The translations under genes and the position numbers were made by a program. DNA of 64,000 bases from Gnetum montanum. Its lineage: Eukaryota; Plantae; Gnetophyta. Position 1 is the first letter of the stretch. Each line of letters begins with the position of its first letter. Shown here piece by piece: positions 12,415 through 26,100 of this stretch. The notes below the pieces were generated by a model that saw only the letters and a program-made list of their open reading frames with translations, did not search any database and was not told the origin of the DNA. Location of the stretch: contig MNCI01003446.1 in the NCBI GenBank assembly GCA_015680685.1, positions 55,691 through 119,690 of the forward strand, written 5' to 3'.

Positions 12415-15400
12415 ATGGAAGCATCCCAAATCAACGCAACATTGCCCATTTCTGACCTCAATGCTGAAATCTCAAATCCTGTGACTGCAACCAAATCTAT
12501 AGTCACCGTTGGAGAGATGAACCTTCAAGGGCCAACCTGTCAGTCACTTACGTTACAAGGCAAAGATCCTGCCTATACAATTCTCACCTCATAACAATAC
12601 AACTTCATTTGTGTAAAGATCCAAGCCAACCTACCTACTGATTGCGCAGAAATAGAAGCAAAATGACATTTTGAGTTCGTCTATAAGGGGGACCATAATT
12701 TTATCCCCTCAGCATACAATGTGATTCCCTTATCTAAATCTCATCAAGAACTTATATCCCACCTCCTCATGGTAAGGAGTCAAACCTTGCAGCAATCTGC
12801 TGCGGAACCCCAAAACAAAGATGAAGAAGATAATTTCGCGGCTCAGTCCGAACACTGAGATTCGTACCATACTCTCAGTCCGCATACTTATACGAACCCA
12901 TTATTTCACCCTTTCACAGGAGAGACCATGTCACTTCATATAGTTAAAAGCACTCAAGCACATGTGCCCCAACAGGAAGCACCTACTCTCATTCCCACTG
13001 TCCCTATGACCGATACTCAATTCAATGTACCCATCCCCACTATTCCTTCGGCCACCACATTATCCCCTCTCCTACAAGTACAACCCCAACAACCCTCCTC
13101 TCTAACTAATGTAAGAGTGACTTTCCCACCCCAAGTAATTGGGATGCCCTCTGTGATACCCGCTTCCACATCTACACACTTCATCCCATGAGTGCAGGTT
13201 CATACCACACCCTTAGCTCCTCCAGTACAACATCAAGTACAAAGTCTCCCTTCACAACCCATAGTTGGACAATGGCCCGTCCCATTTTTCCAGTCACAAC
13301 AATCTGTTCCACAACCCCCAATTGGCCGATGGTCCATCCCTGTCACTCAACAACAATGACCTATACCTTATGGTATGCTGCCCTGAGTGGGACCCTCTGT
13401 AAATGTTTCACAAGTGCAACCTTAGACCACTCAACTTTCTTCCTTTCTATCCACTATACAGTAGTCTAACTTGTACGACACTCAAACTAGCCAACCTACT
13501 GCTCTACCAAGTGCCCAAGAATGGGCTGAATCCAAAAAGATGATGCAAGAGCTCACTGATGAGGTAAAACACCTCAAAACTGCTAACAACGAAGAGCTTA
13601 AAGTATTAGACTTTTACCAAGATGATCCTATTAGCTCTTTGGTGCCACCATTAACCCTGCCCAAAGGAGTTTCTTTTCCTCAACTAACCAAATACAATGG
13701 GGAAGGAGATCCCAACGCCCATCTGGTCACATTTAGACTAGAATGTTTATTGCTTCAGGCCTGGCCCCACACAATCTTGTGTGTGTTTGTCATTTCCCTC
13801 ACTGGATGAGCTTTAGACTAGTACTGAGCCTTGCCTCGTAACTCCATATCCTCTTTGGAGGATCTCTTACACCAGTTCATTACCAGGTTTAAATACAAGC
13901 TAAAACCTAAAGTGACCTTGGACAGTCTCATATAAGTAAAGCAAGCACCGCTTGAACTTGTACAAAAATTTATCCAAAAATGGAGTGCCACACTCAATGA
14001 ACTTCATGAGCCAACCCTAGAAACATACCTTCTTATGATTCTTAAGGGAGCCGTGAATGATTTTGTCAAATCAAAATTGTACTATCTAAATGCACGCACC
14101 CTAAGCCAAACTTTTGTACAGATCAAGAACATAGAAGAGGCAGCCCAAAGTAGCCATGACCCTGCTTACTCAACCTTCAAAAATAAACACACTAAAAAGG
14201 ATAAAGAAAAGGCCAAAGCAATAGTAGCAATAGTAGCAAAGACTCAACCTACTAACATGGGACAACAAGGTAGACCACCTACTACTCCCATTAACTATGA
14301 GAGAATCGCTCCTGCACATACACCTGAATCATCTACCATGCAAGCTACTAACACAGGTCATGCACATACGTTTGAGAGGAAAGACCCTGCTTAGTACACA
14401 CTACTCCCCATGAAGCCTTCCCAGTTGTTAAATCAACTTTTGAAGGTTGGGACCATTAAACACAAACAACTGTCTCCAACAGCAGCCCAGAGACATGACC
14501 GATTCTGTGAATTGGCCAAAAACCCAAGCTTGGCAACTCCAAATGAGCCTCCTATTCCAAGAGGCTTTAGACTAGATAGATTTTGCGAGTACCACCAATA
14601 GAATGGGCATGGTACTGCTTATTGTTTCACCCTAAAACAAGACATACAATGTATGATTGATAGGGGTGAAATAACATTTAACGATGCCAACCCTATTAAA
14701 CCGAAGAATCAATCTATGGACATATACAAAGATCCCCTTAATACTAAGGAAGCTCCTTACGTTATTAACATGATCCATGTCAGAAATTAGCAAGGTATGC
14801 CCAAAAAAACTTTCATGATTCGTGTTCCTCCTAAAACTTCAACATCATCCCCACAATCTTCGTATCCCACATATAATCTGCCTACACTGACAAAACCATT
14901 TGTTATTCATGTACCCCCTGCCAATGCAATCACAAATGTACAATCACCTACCCAGCTCACTCCCTTTGTGGTTCGAGTGCCACCTACGGTTGCAACCATG
15001 GAGGTACAACTGCAAAACCAACCAACTCCCTTTGTAATCAAGGTGCCCAAACACCTTGATCTTCAACCTCCTATTCCTCAACCACAAACCAAATCGACCC
15101 CATTCGTCATTATGGTGCCTAAACAGCTTGATGCACAACCACATCCAAATGTTCAACCACAACCTCGACCAACTCCATTCGTAATCCGAGTCCCAAAACA
15201 ACCTGATGTTCAAGCTCCAACAGTTCCCCCACGACCTTTGCAAGAACGCCTCACCAACAAACTCACTAGAGAATGGTTGAAAAAAGAACGTTGAAATCTT
15301 GAATTGGGGCCACCAAAACCCACTCCCTTAAATGTTGTACCTATGGCTCTGGCAACTGATGAGCCAAGCATGAGTCATGAAAGCAAAAAATCAGAGATGC

Positions 15401-16512
15401 CAGATATGTCGAACCCAACCATCACACTAGACCACATGAAGACCATTCCACAAGAGATACAATTGTTGGGTCCAATGGACCAAGTCTCAACTAGCAAGAC
15501 TATTCCAAATAGCCAAGACTTGGCCAATGCCCTAACTCAGGTCACACAAGCGCTTAAACAGAAAAATACATCTTTGAGCTTGTATGATCTAATGATGACT
15601 TCTCAAGTTCAATGTGAACCCTTAGTATGCATGTTAACATCGATCCCGGTCAGTGAACACTTGCTTGCAAATGAACCTTCCATTCATGTGGTAATGTCTC
15701 CATATCAAGGATCAAGAGCCACATCACTAAGCTTTAATGTGAATAATATAAAAATAGATGAAAAAATAGGAAAAGTCACCACTGCACCCATGTTCATAAC
15801 TATACAAGTAAATCAATTTAAGATACACAAGATGCATGTAGATGACAGAGTGGCCACGAACGTAGTACCATACCCCGTCATCGAACAGTTAGGGCTAACT
15901 GAACAAATCAAACCAACTTCCACGACATTCCTGAAATCGTTCAGTAGATCACGCGTAGTTGTCAAAGGAACACTAACTTTGGACTTCATAACAAGGGACC
16001 AGTTCCCCACGTTAGCTAAATTTGTGGTCGTAGATGAGATGCCTGGATTTAACTTGATATTGGGATGACCATGGCTAGCCCAATTAAAAGCGGTATCCTC
16101 ATCCATCCACCAAGAGATTCACTTACCCTATGAAGGTGGTGAAATCATTATACACGGTGATGCGGCTACATTCAACACCTCGACACACGTAGGCACAAAC
16201 CAAGGCTCAAAGTTCGAAATTGATGAGACTAAACAAGATGACATTACTCTTGAGCTTAAATAAAATGCCACACTCACTGAAAACCAAAGTGATAACCAAT
16301 CCCCAAACTGTGATCCCCTGGAAGATATAGAAACATTACAAAATGTGGAAACATTAGGACATGCTGACATAGGAGTTATTCCGCCAGACGTCTCATGGTT
16401 TGAATTGCCATTTAACATAATTAGCGAAGGAGATGCTGAATATACAATTACACCGACATGCCCAACACACCATGTCAATTTGCAAAAATTAAAGAAGCTA
16501 CTCAACCATTAA
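12415..16512 (+). pseudogene. gag: gag-protease of element B (disrupted)
   Basis: KYNGEGDPNAHL gag core, CEYHQ.NGHGT..C knuckle, PFVIRVP repeats, protease VDD(R)VATN...FNLILG.PWL; terminal TAA at 16510-16512. Confidence 0.9.
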
Positions 16513-16756
16513 ACTACAATCGTCTGAAATGACGTTAAACTACAATCTTCCGAAATGACGTTAAACTACAATTGTCTGAAATGACGTTAAACTACCACAT
16601 GTCCACAATAACATAAAACTAGCCACAATCAGGAATGGTCGATTTCAAAAAAAAACCTACTGAAACAATTTAAATTTCTCGTGTTTTCTTATGGCCTGAA
16701 ATGGCCTTAAACTAGAATGTTGTTGCACGCATGGCCTAAAATGGCCTTAAACTAGA
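16509..16756 (+). repeat. Hairpin+TAAACT motif cluster after the gag-PR stop (B)
   Basis: CGTC-tgaaat-GACG-TTAAACT x3 (degenerate) and GGCC-tgaaat/taaaat-GGCC-TTAAACT x2. Confidence 0.85.
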
Positions 16757-17159
16757 ACAAGTTTCGTTTTTGTTTCTTTAAAATTACATTCTTGTTTGCA
16801 TGCATATTTGCATCCTTGCTCTACAAATTATTATTCCCCTTACATTTCTTCCACACTGTTACCATTTTATTTACATTCACACTTATATTTATAAACAACT
16901 AAAACAACAAAAACAAATTACAAAATTGAATCACAAAATTAAAAAAAAAAATCATTCGTGTTTACACTTGTGTCTACCCAAAGTTTGGACAAAAATTTAG
17001 AAAAAAAACTTGAACAACATAAAACACCAAAAAAATGTGTAAATGTATAAATATATCAAATGTTAACATGGTATCATACATTTTTTTTCATACAATCTAC
17101 AAAGAAAAGACAACAAACTAACAAAGAAATGACAAGGTTGACAGGACCAACAAGTCAGA

Positions 17160-20100
17160 TCATGCACTAGTGTTAGGAGGAGGTTGGTCCCCAAAATCCT
17201 CCATGTCATCAGCCCCTATCCCACTAGGGCTAGCCTCATCAGCACCACACCCTTATCACGAAGAGAAAACAAAACAACAAAATGAGCAGACGCACAAAAA
17301 GAAAAAAAAAGAACAGGTAAAAGAGAGCAAAGACACTAGAGAGGAATGATGACTAAAAGTAATAAAATAATGCAATAAAATACTCATGGATGAAGAAGAC
17401 CTGAAATTAGCTTCTAAGCACCATAAAATCTCTTCTTCGGGCACACAAGCCCAATCTTTCTCGAGTCCGAGGTCGATGTTGGCCAAGGTCTTACCCTTGT
17501 CCATGGGAGACCAGGAGGGACGCTCAAGAGAAAACACACTTGTTGAAACCTCCCCAAAGGTAGTGGTAATGGATCTCTCAGGAGACCCCTCCACTTTTGT
17601 ATATTCAACGAACTTCTCATAAGAAGAGCATAAACCTAACCCCTCCACGAACATCTCCAACCGGCGACGTTCCACTGATTCCTCTTTTAACTATTTTTTA
17701 TATTGGTGCTTATGATCTTTCTAATCTTGGCCCCATTTATGTACTTTGGATGCAAAGGATTTCCAGCCATGGCACTTCCTATTCAATAGATCCATCTGGG
17801 CCCTTTGTTCGGCCAAATCTTGAATCGCCTACACCTTGTTATTCAAGCATGCCCAATAACGTACATAAATGATCTCGAATGAACGCCATGTACTATCATT
17901 TTCCAACCTAGCAGAGGAAAAATCATAACGGGCTTGCAAATCATTTCTCTCCTTTGTCATCTTCGCCAGATTTTCCTTCAATGATTGAATTTCAAGCCAT
18001 AGTTGTCCAATTAAGCGCCTGTAAGTCCAGAGAGATTTGGCATTTGGGACAACACAACCCGAAATCGAATCATAAATCTCTCTTAGGATCTGCTCAATAT
18101 CTCTTGGCAATTCTGGGAGACTATTAATATGAGTAGCCTCAGAAGGATTCCATTGAAGCTTTGCACCTACAAGTACAAACATTGCACACATAAGCCAACC
18201 AGAAATCTCCAACAGAAGCAAAAACACAGTGAACTTAGGCACTTAGTATAAAGTACACACCTAATTCAGGATGAGCCTATCTCAAACAAGCTACAACATC
18301 ATTGACAATGCCAATGACAAAGTCTACTTTATTAGGCACCTCAGGCCACAGCTTCAATGGATCAGTGGATCTTGGATTTATATGAGAAGGCATCTTAACT
18401 GGGGCCTCAAACTCCGACCCACATGCCTAAGAAGCATATGCTTCAGGTACCTTAGCATCTATATCTAATGTCAAGCAAAGCCATGATAGTTAAAATAATG
18501 CATGAAACTAGGAAGATACAAAATGCAGATCAAACTAACAAGACTTACCAAGCGGCCCTCTACTGGTCAGCTCAGGCGGATCACCAAGGTGTAGAGACCC
18601 ATCGAAGAAACCATCAAAAACATCTTTCTTCTCAATTGAGTGTTTAAGGGCATCTAAAGCCTCAACAAGTGTCATGTCCATGGTGCTCATTTCATCCTCT
18701 TCTCGTAAGATGGAAATGGCCTCAACTGCTTCTTCCCTCGTATCCTCCTCTTCGTTACACCCAATGGTGACTGTTTTAGGTTCATCCATTGGAGCTAATT
18801 TCTCCCTCTCTCTCTCGGGGGTATCCTCTGTTAACACCAGTAAACCTAAAGTTAGCATGATGTAATAGGCATACATATCTAAGTAAATAAGTAAATTCCA
18901 AAAAAGTAAAAAAAAAATTGAGCAAAAATAATAAAATACTTACCCACTCTTGGCAAGGTGAATCGAATCTTCTTAGCTCTCAGCGACCTCGCCTCTATGG
19001 TAGGATCCCTCAGATGCTCACCTCTTTTCACCTTAGCCTTGGCCTTTTCAACAGTCTCTTAGATTAAGCGTCTAGCCCTCCTAACACTAGTGTGCAGCTG
19101 AGGTTGATCTAACCCCAGGCTGTCACATGAATGGCGGGAATGATTAGCTGCGCCTCCTGTTGTGACAGAGACTAACCCCTTGATGCCTTCAGGTGGATCT
19201 TGGGATCTAGTGGTGTTAAATAGGTGACAAATCCAAGGGTGAGACAACTATGAACGGTCCCTTAACACATAATGGGTATCCCCATAGACCACTAAGAACT
19301 CAGCAAACCTACGAAAATAGCCCACAAAAAAGGCAAATGTGAAGTGTGACCTAGCATCAACATTGGAACATAGCTTGCTGATCTCTCCACGGAGACCCAA
19401 TACAAGGAAATGCGCCCATTCATAATGCATACCAGTCTCTAAGACTGAACACATAACATGCACAAACTCCACCCCGAGACTTCTTGCTTGGGAAAGAGAC
19501 TTAGGAAATGCTCGAGCTCTAAAGAGCAGGTACATAAAGTTTGCCTTCATCGAACGAGTATCATCTTGCATGGTGAAGCCTTTAGGACCTCGCGGTACAC
19601 CTAGCCAGTCTTCAAGTTCCTTACCACATGTCTCTCTTTAGTTCCCCTATCAACCGCCACCTTAACACCATTCACTGGCACATCAAAAAGATCGGAAAAG
19701 AATTCAGCGGTGATGTGGAAGGACACCTTTACTCCTCGAACCCGTGTGGTAAAATGGGAGACGTCATTGTTAAAAGAGTCAACTATAGCAACCATTTCAG
19801 TAGTGGGAACGTTGGGAGTCAAGGTGGTAAATAGGTCCAGTAGGCCTACGCTAGTGAGATGGCTGATGATTTGTTCAGGTGCCTTCTTATGCAACCACTG
19901 TTGCGACTCCTCTGTTTCTACAAACTTCATACAAAGAGTAGCCTCAGTGCGCCCAGATATGACGGTAACCTCATCAAGAGGAACGACCACTATAGAAAAG
20001 ACATAGGTGACATTGAGCCAAAAGAAAAAATCAAATCAAAAACATGCTAAAATGAAAATAAATCCTGGAACACGATCATTTACCACTAGTAAATGGAGTA

Positions 20101-20888
20101 GGTACACTTGCTGCAAGGTCAATCATTTGAGGAAAAATAGGCCAATCAGGAGACCAATCCTCATGTAGCCAATCACGAACTCGACAACATTCCAAGGCCC
20201 TAGAGAACTACCTAGGATAATTGATAATAGCATCCTTGGTCTAGCCTAACACTGCAGAACGAAGTGTGGGGCCCATCATGAACGCTTCCAAGGCTCTGCC
20301 TACTATGGTAAGTTCGTTATCATCCTCATGCAATCCATGCTAAGCAAAATGGAGCCTGCAAAAGAAAGAACACTCATACGCGAACAATGATCATAACGCT
20401 AAGCAAGTCAACATTAATACACATATAAAAGAGCATACTTGTCTACTCGATATACTGTTCTAGGTGGGTTTTGAAACAGTGTGTGTGCACAGCAAGCTAG
20501 AAACAGTGTGCTACTACTATTATAATGGCTGCAAGATGGAAATCCCCACACACAAGTTAAAGAGCATGTAGATTTAGGACCTTCAAGAATGCCTCCCTTG
20601 ACCACATATAGCCCCTCTTCTATGTCAGCAATGAAAGCTAGCACACCCCGCGTTGAGCTAGGTAATATGGTCTCAACAATGTCACAAGTCAGCTACTCAT
20701 TCAAATGAGACCATATGACAACGCTGAAATTCTGTAGAATAAATGACAAAAAGGCACCAACATTTGAATGAAACCATATCACGTGTGCCCTGATCAGCAT
20801 GTCATAACTGGTCGTTTTCTGTTCCAAAGGGCCGAATCAAGATAGCACACCAACCAGTTCAACCACAAGGAGAGAAGGCTTAGGCCCC
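17160..20888 (-). pseudogene. Antisense spliced accessory gene of B (FCP1/NIF-like pseudo-phosphatase, Transposase_32/PMD-like domain, acidic region, coiled coil)
   Basis: GT-AG bounded exons 20888-20439, 20355-20084 and 19989-18944, plus further exons to ~17160. Homologous to 37851-41531. Start exon not identified. Confidence 0.85.
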
Positions 20889-23181
20889 CTACACCAAAAC
20901 AAAATCCCAGGTAAGTAAGTTAAAATTTGTAAACACACAAATGAAAGTAACCATTAATGAAACATGACTATATATCCCTTCATCAATCCGAAATCATTGA
21001 AATACAGTGGCAACAGATTTCGAATACAAAATCGAGACTTATTTTGAAAAATGCATTGTTCCCTTAGGAGATACATAGATGGAGTGCATGCTGACGAAAA
21101 AGTCTGGTCACCATTGGCCCTTATGTGTAGGGTACTGCTTATAACATGATCATAACATATGCATAATGGAGCTGGCCATGTTCAAAAAAAAGAATATATA
21201 TCAATAAGATGTAAACCTATTACATCTTATTACTAGTCCAGCACTAGTAGGAGCGTTCATTTTACATCTTATTACTGGTCCAGTGCTAATAGGAATGTTA
21301 GTTAATTTGTGTACATGTGCTAGCCCACTATATATAAATGACTATATCTCAAAATGCTACTCCACATGGTAGGGCCTTAAATGTGCTAATTTGTTCATCA
21401 TATTACTGATAACCTAATCATGTATCAGCTATCCATCACACGGTAAGGAGAATATGGAATGCCATATTTAGCTAAAAGTAATCCAGGGTAACAGCACCTC
21501 ATGAATTGAGACAATACCATCATACCAACTTGAGGCATGAGATGCTGATCCAAATTGCAAGATTGAAGATCAACAACAATATCACTGCACGCGTCGCCCA
21601 AATTAGAGGTCTAAGTCACGCTAATTTTGGTTCAATAGCCCACACTGCCAAGTAAGAGGCCTAACTCACCCTGGACAATCCAAACCGGAAAACTCACGCT
21701 GCAATAGAAACGAAGGCAACAACTCATACTCACGTTGCAAATGGTAGCTGACTCATGCTACAAATGGCAGCTAACTCACGCTGAGCATGTAACAGTCCAT
21801 CCAAAATCATGGATGTCAACACAATCACTCACTATATTGTAAACAGTTCATAGGACCAAATGCCAAACCTCGGATACTAGTTATGGGAAATCTATTAGCA
21901 CAAGCAGTGATTTGGTGTTTGAATACAAGACTTTGTATTTTAACCTTTGAGTGTCAGTTTATAGGATAACCCATAAACACCGATAAAATTTTAGCACAAG
22001 CGTTGGTTATTTGTAGTGAACCAACAAGGTTGATTTTGGCTAAAGGCACTATTCATGTTACTTATGCTGCCTAGGGCACGTTACTCACACTGCCCAGGGC
22101 AAGCAACTCACACTAGGGCAATTTGCACTGCCAAGGAAATTCACATGCATACCAGAGCATCCCTCACGATGACACTAGAACCCCTAAACCAGCCTCCAAT
22201 AACTCATGTTAAAGCCCGATTACTCAAACTAGCTGATTCTCAAAAGGTAACCCCAAATGCAATTTAAAACACAAATGCCCTGGAACATAGTGAAGGAATA
22301 TAGAAAACGTGATCATTGCTAGATAATTAAAATTTAAATCGCCCTCATACACTAAAATACGGTGGTTCCCATAACTCAAATACTGCCACTCGTTGGTGTT
22401 ATGCTGCGAAAAATTGAAAAGAAAAGAGGAAAGCAATAAACCTACATAGGGTTCCAACCCACGAAGAAACCCTTGGTTATAGAAGGCATTGAAGCAACTC
22501 CTTGCTCTCTTCCACAAACACTAAGCTTGCCTACCTCTTCCCCTTCCCTTGTTCCAGCTTTCCCTTGCCCTTCATCTTGCTCTATTACTCACGTTGTTTC
22601 TACTCTGTACTCATGTTGTCCTGCCCTGTTACTCATGCTGTCGGTCCCTCTTGCTCACGTTGCAAGTCTTCAAGTCGCTCACGCTGCTTAGAAGTCACGC
22701 TAAGTACATGTTTATAGTTGCTCATGCTAATGGAAAATCCTCCAACTCACACTGCCTTCTATTCCCAAGCATTCACGCTGCTCGTCACCTTCATCAACTC
22801 ATGTTGCATTGGTTACTCATGCTTGCATCTCACTTGGCCTCCCCTTTTTTTTCTTTACCCCAATTGTTTACACGTGGCGCGTTTTACCTCATTTATATCT
22901 TACTTATTTTATTCTATCCTTGTACTTTGAGGTAGCCATTTCTTTTATTTCTTGCATACATTTATTCATTCTCCCAAAGCAACTTAGATGTTTTAAATCC
23001 AAGAAATTTATGTGCATAAAGCTCAAATTACGTTTTGGCTTGGTACGGCCTTAAACTGCCATACTATGGCCCAGTATGGCCTAAAACTTCCATTACATAC
23101 CACAATCTTGTTAGACTAATCATGTGGAACTTAAACCTTCCTCATCAAGAAAATGTTGTTTAAATTGGTAGGAACAAGCAT

Positions 23182-26100
23182 ATGGACAGCAAGAACCTCT
23201 TTTCAACATTGTCTATCAATGGACCACATGGGGCCATTCAACGAGAAGTTGACCTAGAATCCATTGATCTAGACTCATCATCAATTTATGAAAATTTTGT
23301 GGCATCCACTCAAGGAACATCAGATTGCTTTGAGGATATGACTAAACCTTTGGACTTAGAAGTCGACAACATCACTGAGGATCCCCTCGTTGAAGTCCCC
23401 ATCACCATGTCTAGTGGCGAGCTTAAAACATTAAAATTAAGTACTTTACTAAATCTGCAAATTTCCAATGACATTACACGAGTGTTGAAGAATAATATAA
23501 AAACTTTCACTTGGTCGTATACTGATATGCTAGGATTGGACCCTTGCATCATCCAACATAACATCATCCTCGATGAAAAACTTATACCGGTAAAGCAAAA
23601 GGCACAAAAGGTTAGGCCTGAGGTAGCATTGGCAGTTCGTAATGAAATCACAACACTATATCAAGTTGGTTTTATTTGGGCTGTTGATTACACCTATTGG
23701 GTATCTAACATTGTTGTAGTCCCTAAGAAGAACGGCAACATTCGCATATGTATTGACTTCCATGACCTCAACGTAGCCACTATAAAAGACAACTTCCTGC
23801 TACCCAGCATCGATCAACTTATTGACTCAACCGCCAGGCACGCATTATTGTCCTTTATGTATGGATTCTCGGGATACAACCAAATTAGGATCAAACCAGA
23901 ACATCAACTCAAGATAACCTTCATGACACCTCGGGGCATGTTCTGTTGTACAATGATGCCATTTGATCTCAAAAACGTGGGTGCCACGTATCAATGGGAA
24001 ATGACATATATATTTAGCGATTATATGCTCAATTCACTCAATGATTATGTAAATGACATCGCATTCAAGTCCAAAATAACCAAACAGCACGCGAAGCACC
24101 TAGACTTGGTACTCAAATGCTATCTCAAATACAACCTTAAGAATAACCCAAAGCAATAAGTCTTTAGGGTTAAGATGAAAAAAATGCTTGGCTTCATAGT
24201 CTCCGAAATAGGTATACGAGTAGACCCTAATAAGGTCAAAGCAATAACTAATATGCAACCACCTAGGAACCTCACTAAATTACATGGTCTGCAAGGTAGA
24301 CTGCAATTCATCATGCGCTTTATTATGAAGCTAACTGATAAGTTGAAACCCATGCAACATTTACTATGAAAGAATGTCCATTTTCAATGGACTCAACTGT
24401 GCCAAGAGGCCTTTGAAAACATAAAAGTAGAGTTGGCTCAACTACCAACGATTCATCCCTCGCAAAGTGATATACCTTTTTACATCTACCTTGCCACGTC
24501 TGACTCATCGATTGCGTCCATGCTTTGCCAAAAATAAGAAGATGGAGCTGAGATCCCCATTTACTATTTAAGCCATGCCTGAACTACATACAAACAATGC
24601 TACAACGATGTGGAGAGATCGTGTCTTGTCCTAGTATTTTCCTTAAAGAAGTGGTGATACTATCTCTTTCGTAATCAATTCTATATCATTTGCAAAGATA
24701 ACGTGCTTCGAGCTATCACAAACAACATCTATGAGTCAAGTAGGATAAATAGATGGAAGGCAATGATTGTAGAGTTTGACCTATGCTATGTTGGTTAATC
24801 CTCCACTAAGGGTCAAGCAATAGCTAATCAATTGACTGCATCACTGATACAAGATTAAGTGACGATCAACCTTGAATTTCCTAATGAAGATATTAGTAGC
24901 ATAGACGTAGTGTCCAATAATTATGATGCAATCCTGTACTTTGATGGAGCATCCACCTCCAGAGGAGGAAGTGTTGCAACCATCATAACATATCCCTCGA
25001 AAGAAATTCTCCCTTTTTCCTATCGACTAAACTTCCCTAGCACCAACAATGTGGTAGAGTATGAAGGTCTTCTTAGAGGTATTATAGTGGCATTAACTTC
25101 AGGGATCACACGTCTTGTAGTTCGCGGTGATTCACAGTTAGTAATCAATCAAGTCACTGAAATCTACGCATGCAAAGCTCTGCATTTGCAACCATACTAT
25201 GACCTGACAAAACACTTACTAAAACAACTAATCAATGTAGACATGCAACACATTCCTCGAAACAAAAATACTATTGCTGACACACTTGCCACACTAGCCT
25301 TGAACATGACACCTGACATGTTCCATGCATTGCCTAGTTCTATAACAAATTGTGCCAAACCTATGATCAACGCACTTGATGAAATACCCATAGTGTCTGT
25401 TAGCACTACACGAGTAATAGAGTGGTACGATGACATAAAAGAGTACCTTCTACGAGGCGAACCAACATACCATTTGACAAGCACTCAAAAATATGTGATG
25501 CAAAAATGCTCTAGACAATATGCATTAATAGGGGATACCTTGTGTCGCAAGTCCTATGAAGGCATCTTGTTGATGTGCGTCAGTAGCATTGATGACAAAA
25601 CGATAGTGGAGTAGGTTCACGAAGGACTGTATGGAGGGCATATAGCACCCAAAGCAATGGCAACAAAAATTAGATGTTTGGGCTATTACTAGCTACACAT
25701 GGAGTACAATTTCTTCTCCAGGGTCAGGAAATGTAACATTTTCCAAAGGCATGGTAACCCAATACATGTACCACCTAATGAGTTGCATACTACACAAATC
25801 ACATGGCCATTCAAAAAATGGGGATTAGACATCATTGGGTCAATAACACCACCATCTTCAACAAGACATAGTTTCATCATCACTGTGACCAAATACTTTA
25901 CCAAATGGGTAGAAGCCATTCCCCTTAGGAAAACCACGTCCAAACACGTTTGCAACTTCATATTAGAAAACATCGTAACCCGCTTTAGTATCCCAATGAC
26001 CATAGTCATCGATAATGGGCCACAATATAGTAGCACGGATACTAAAAGCTTCTATGAATGCTTAGGTATTAAACACTCATTTTCATTATCCTACTACCCA

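Noticed and set aside
16800-23000. Interpreting the PR-RT insert as an independent nested transposon
   Set aside because: No termini or TSD seen, and the same position and orientation occur in two diverged elements.
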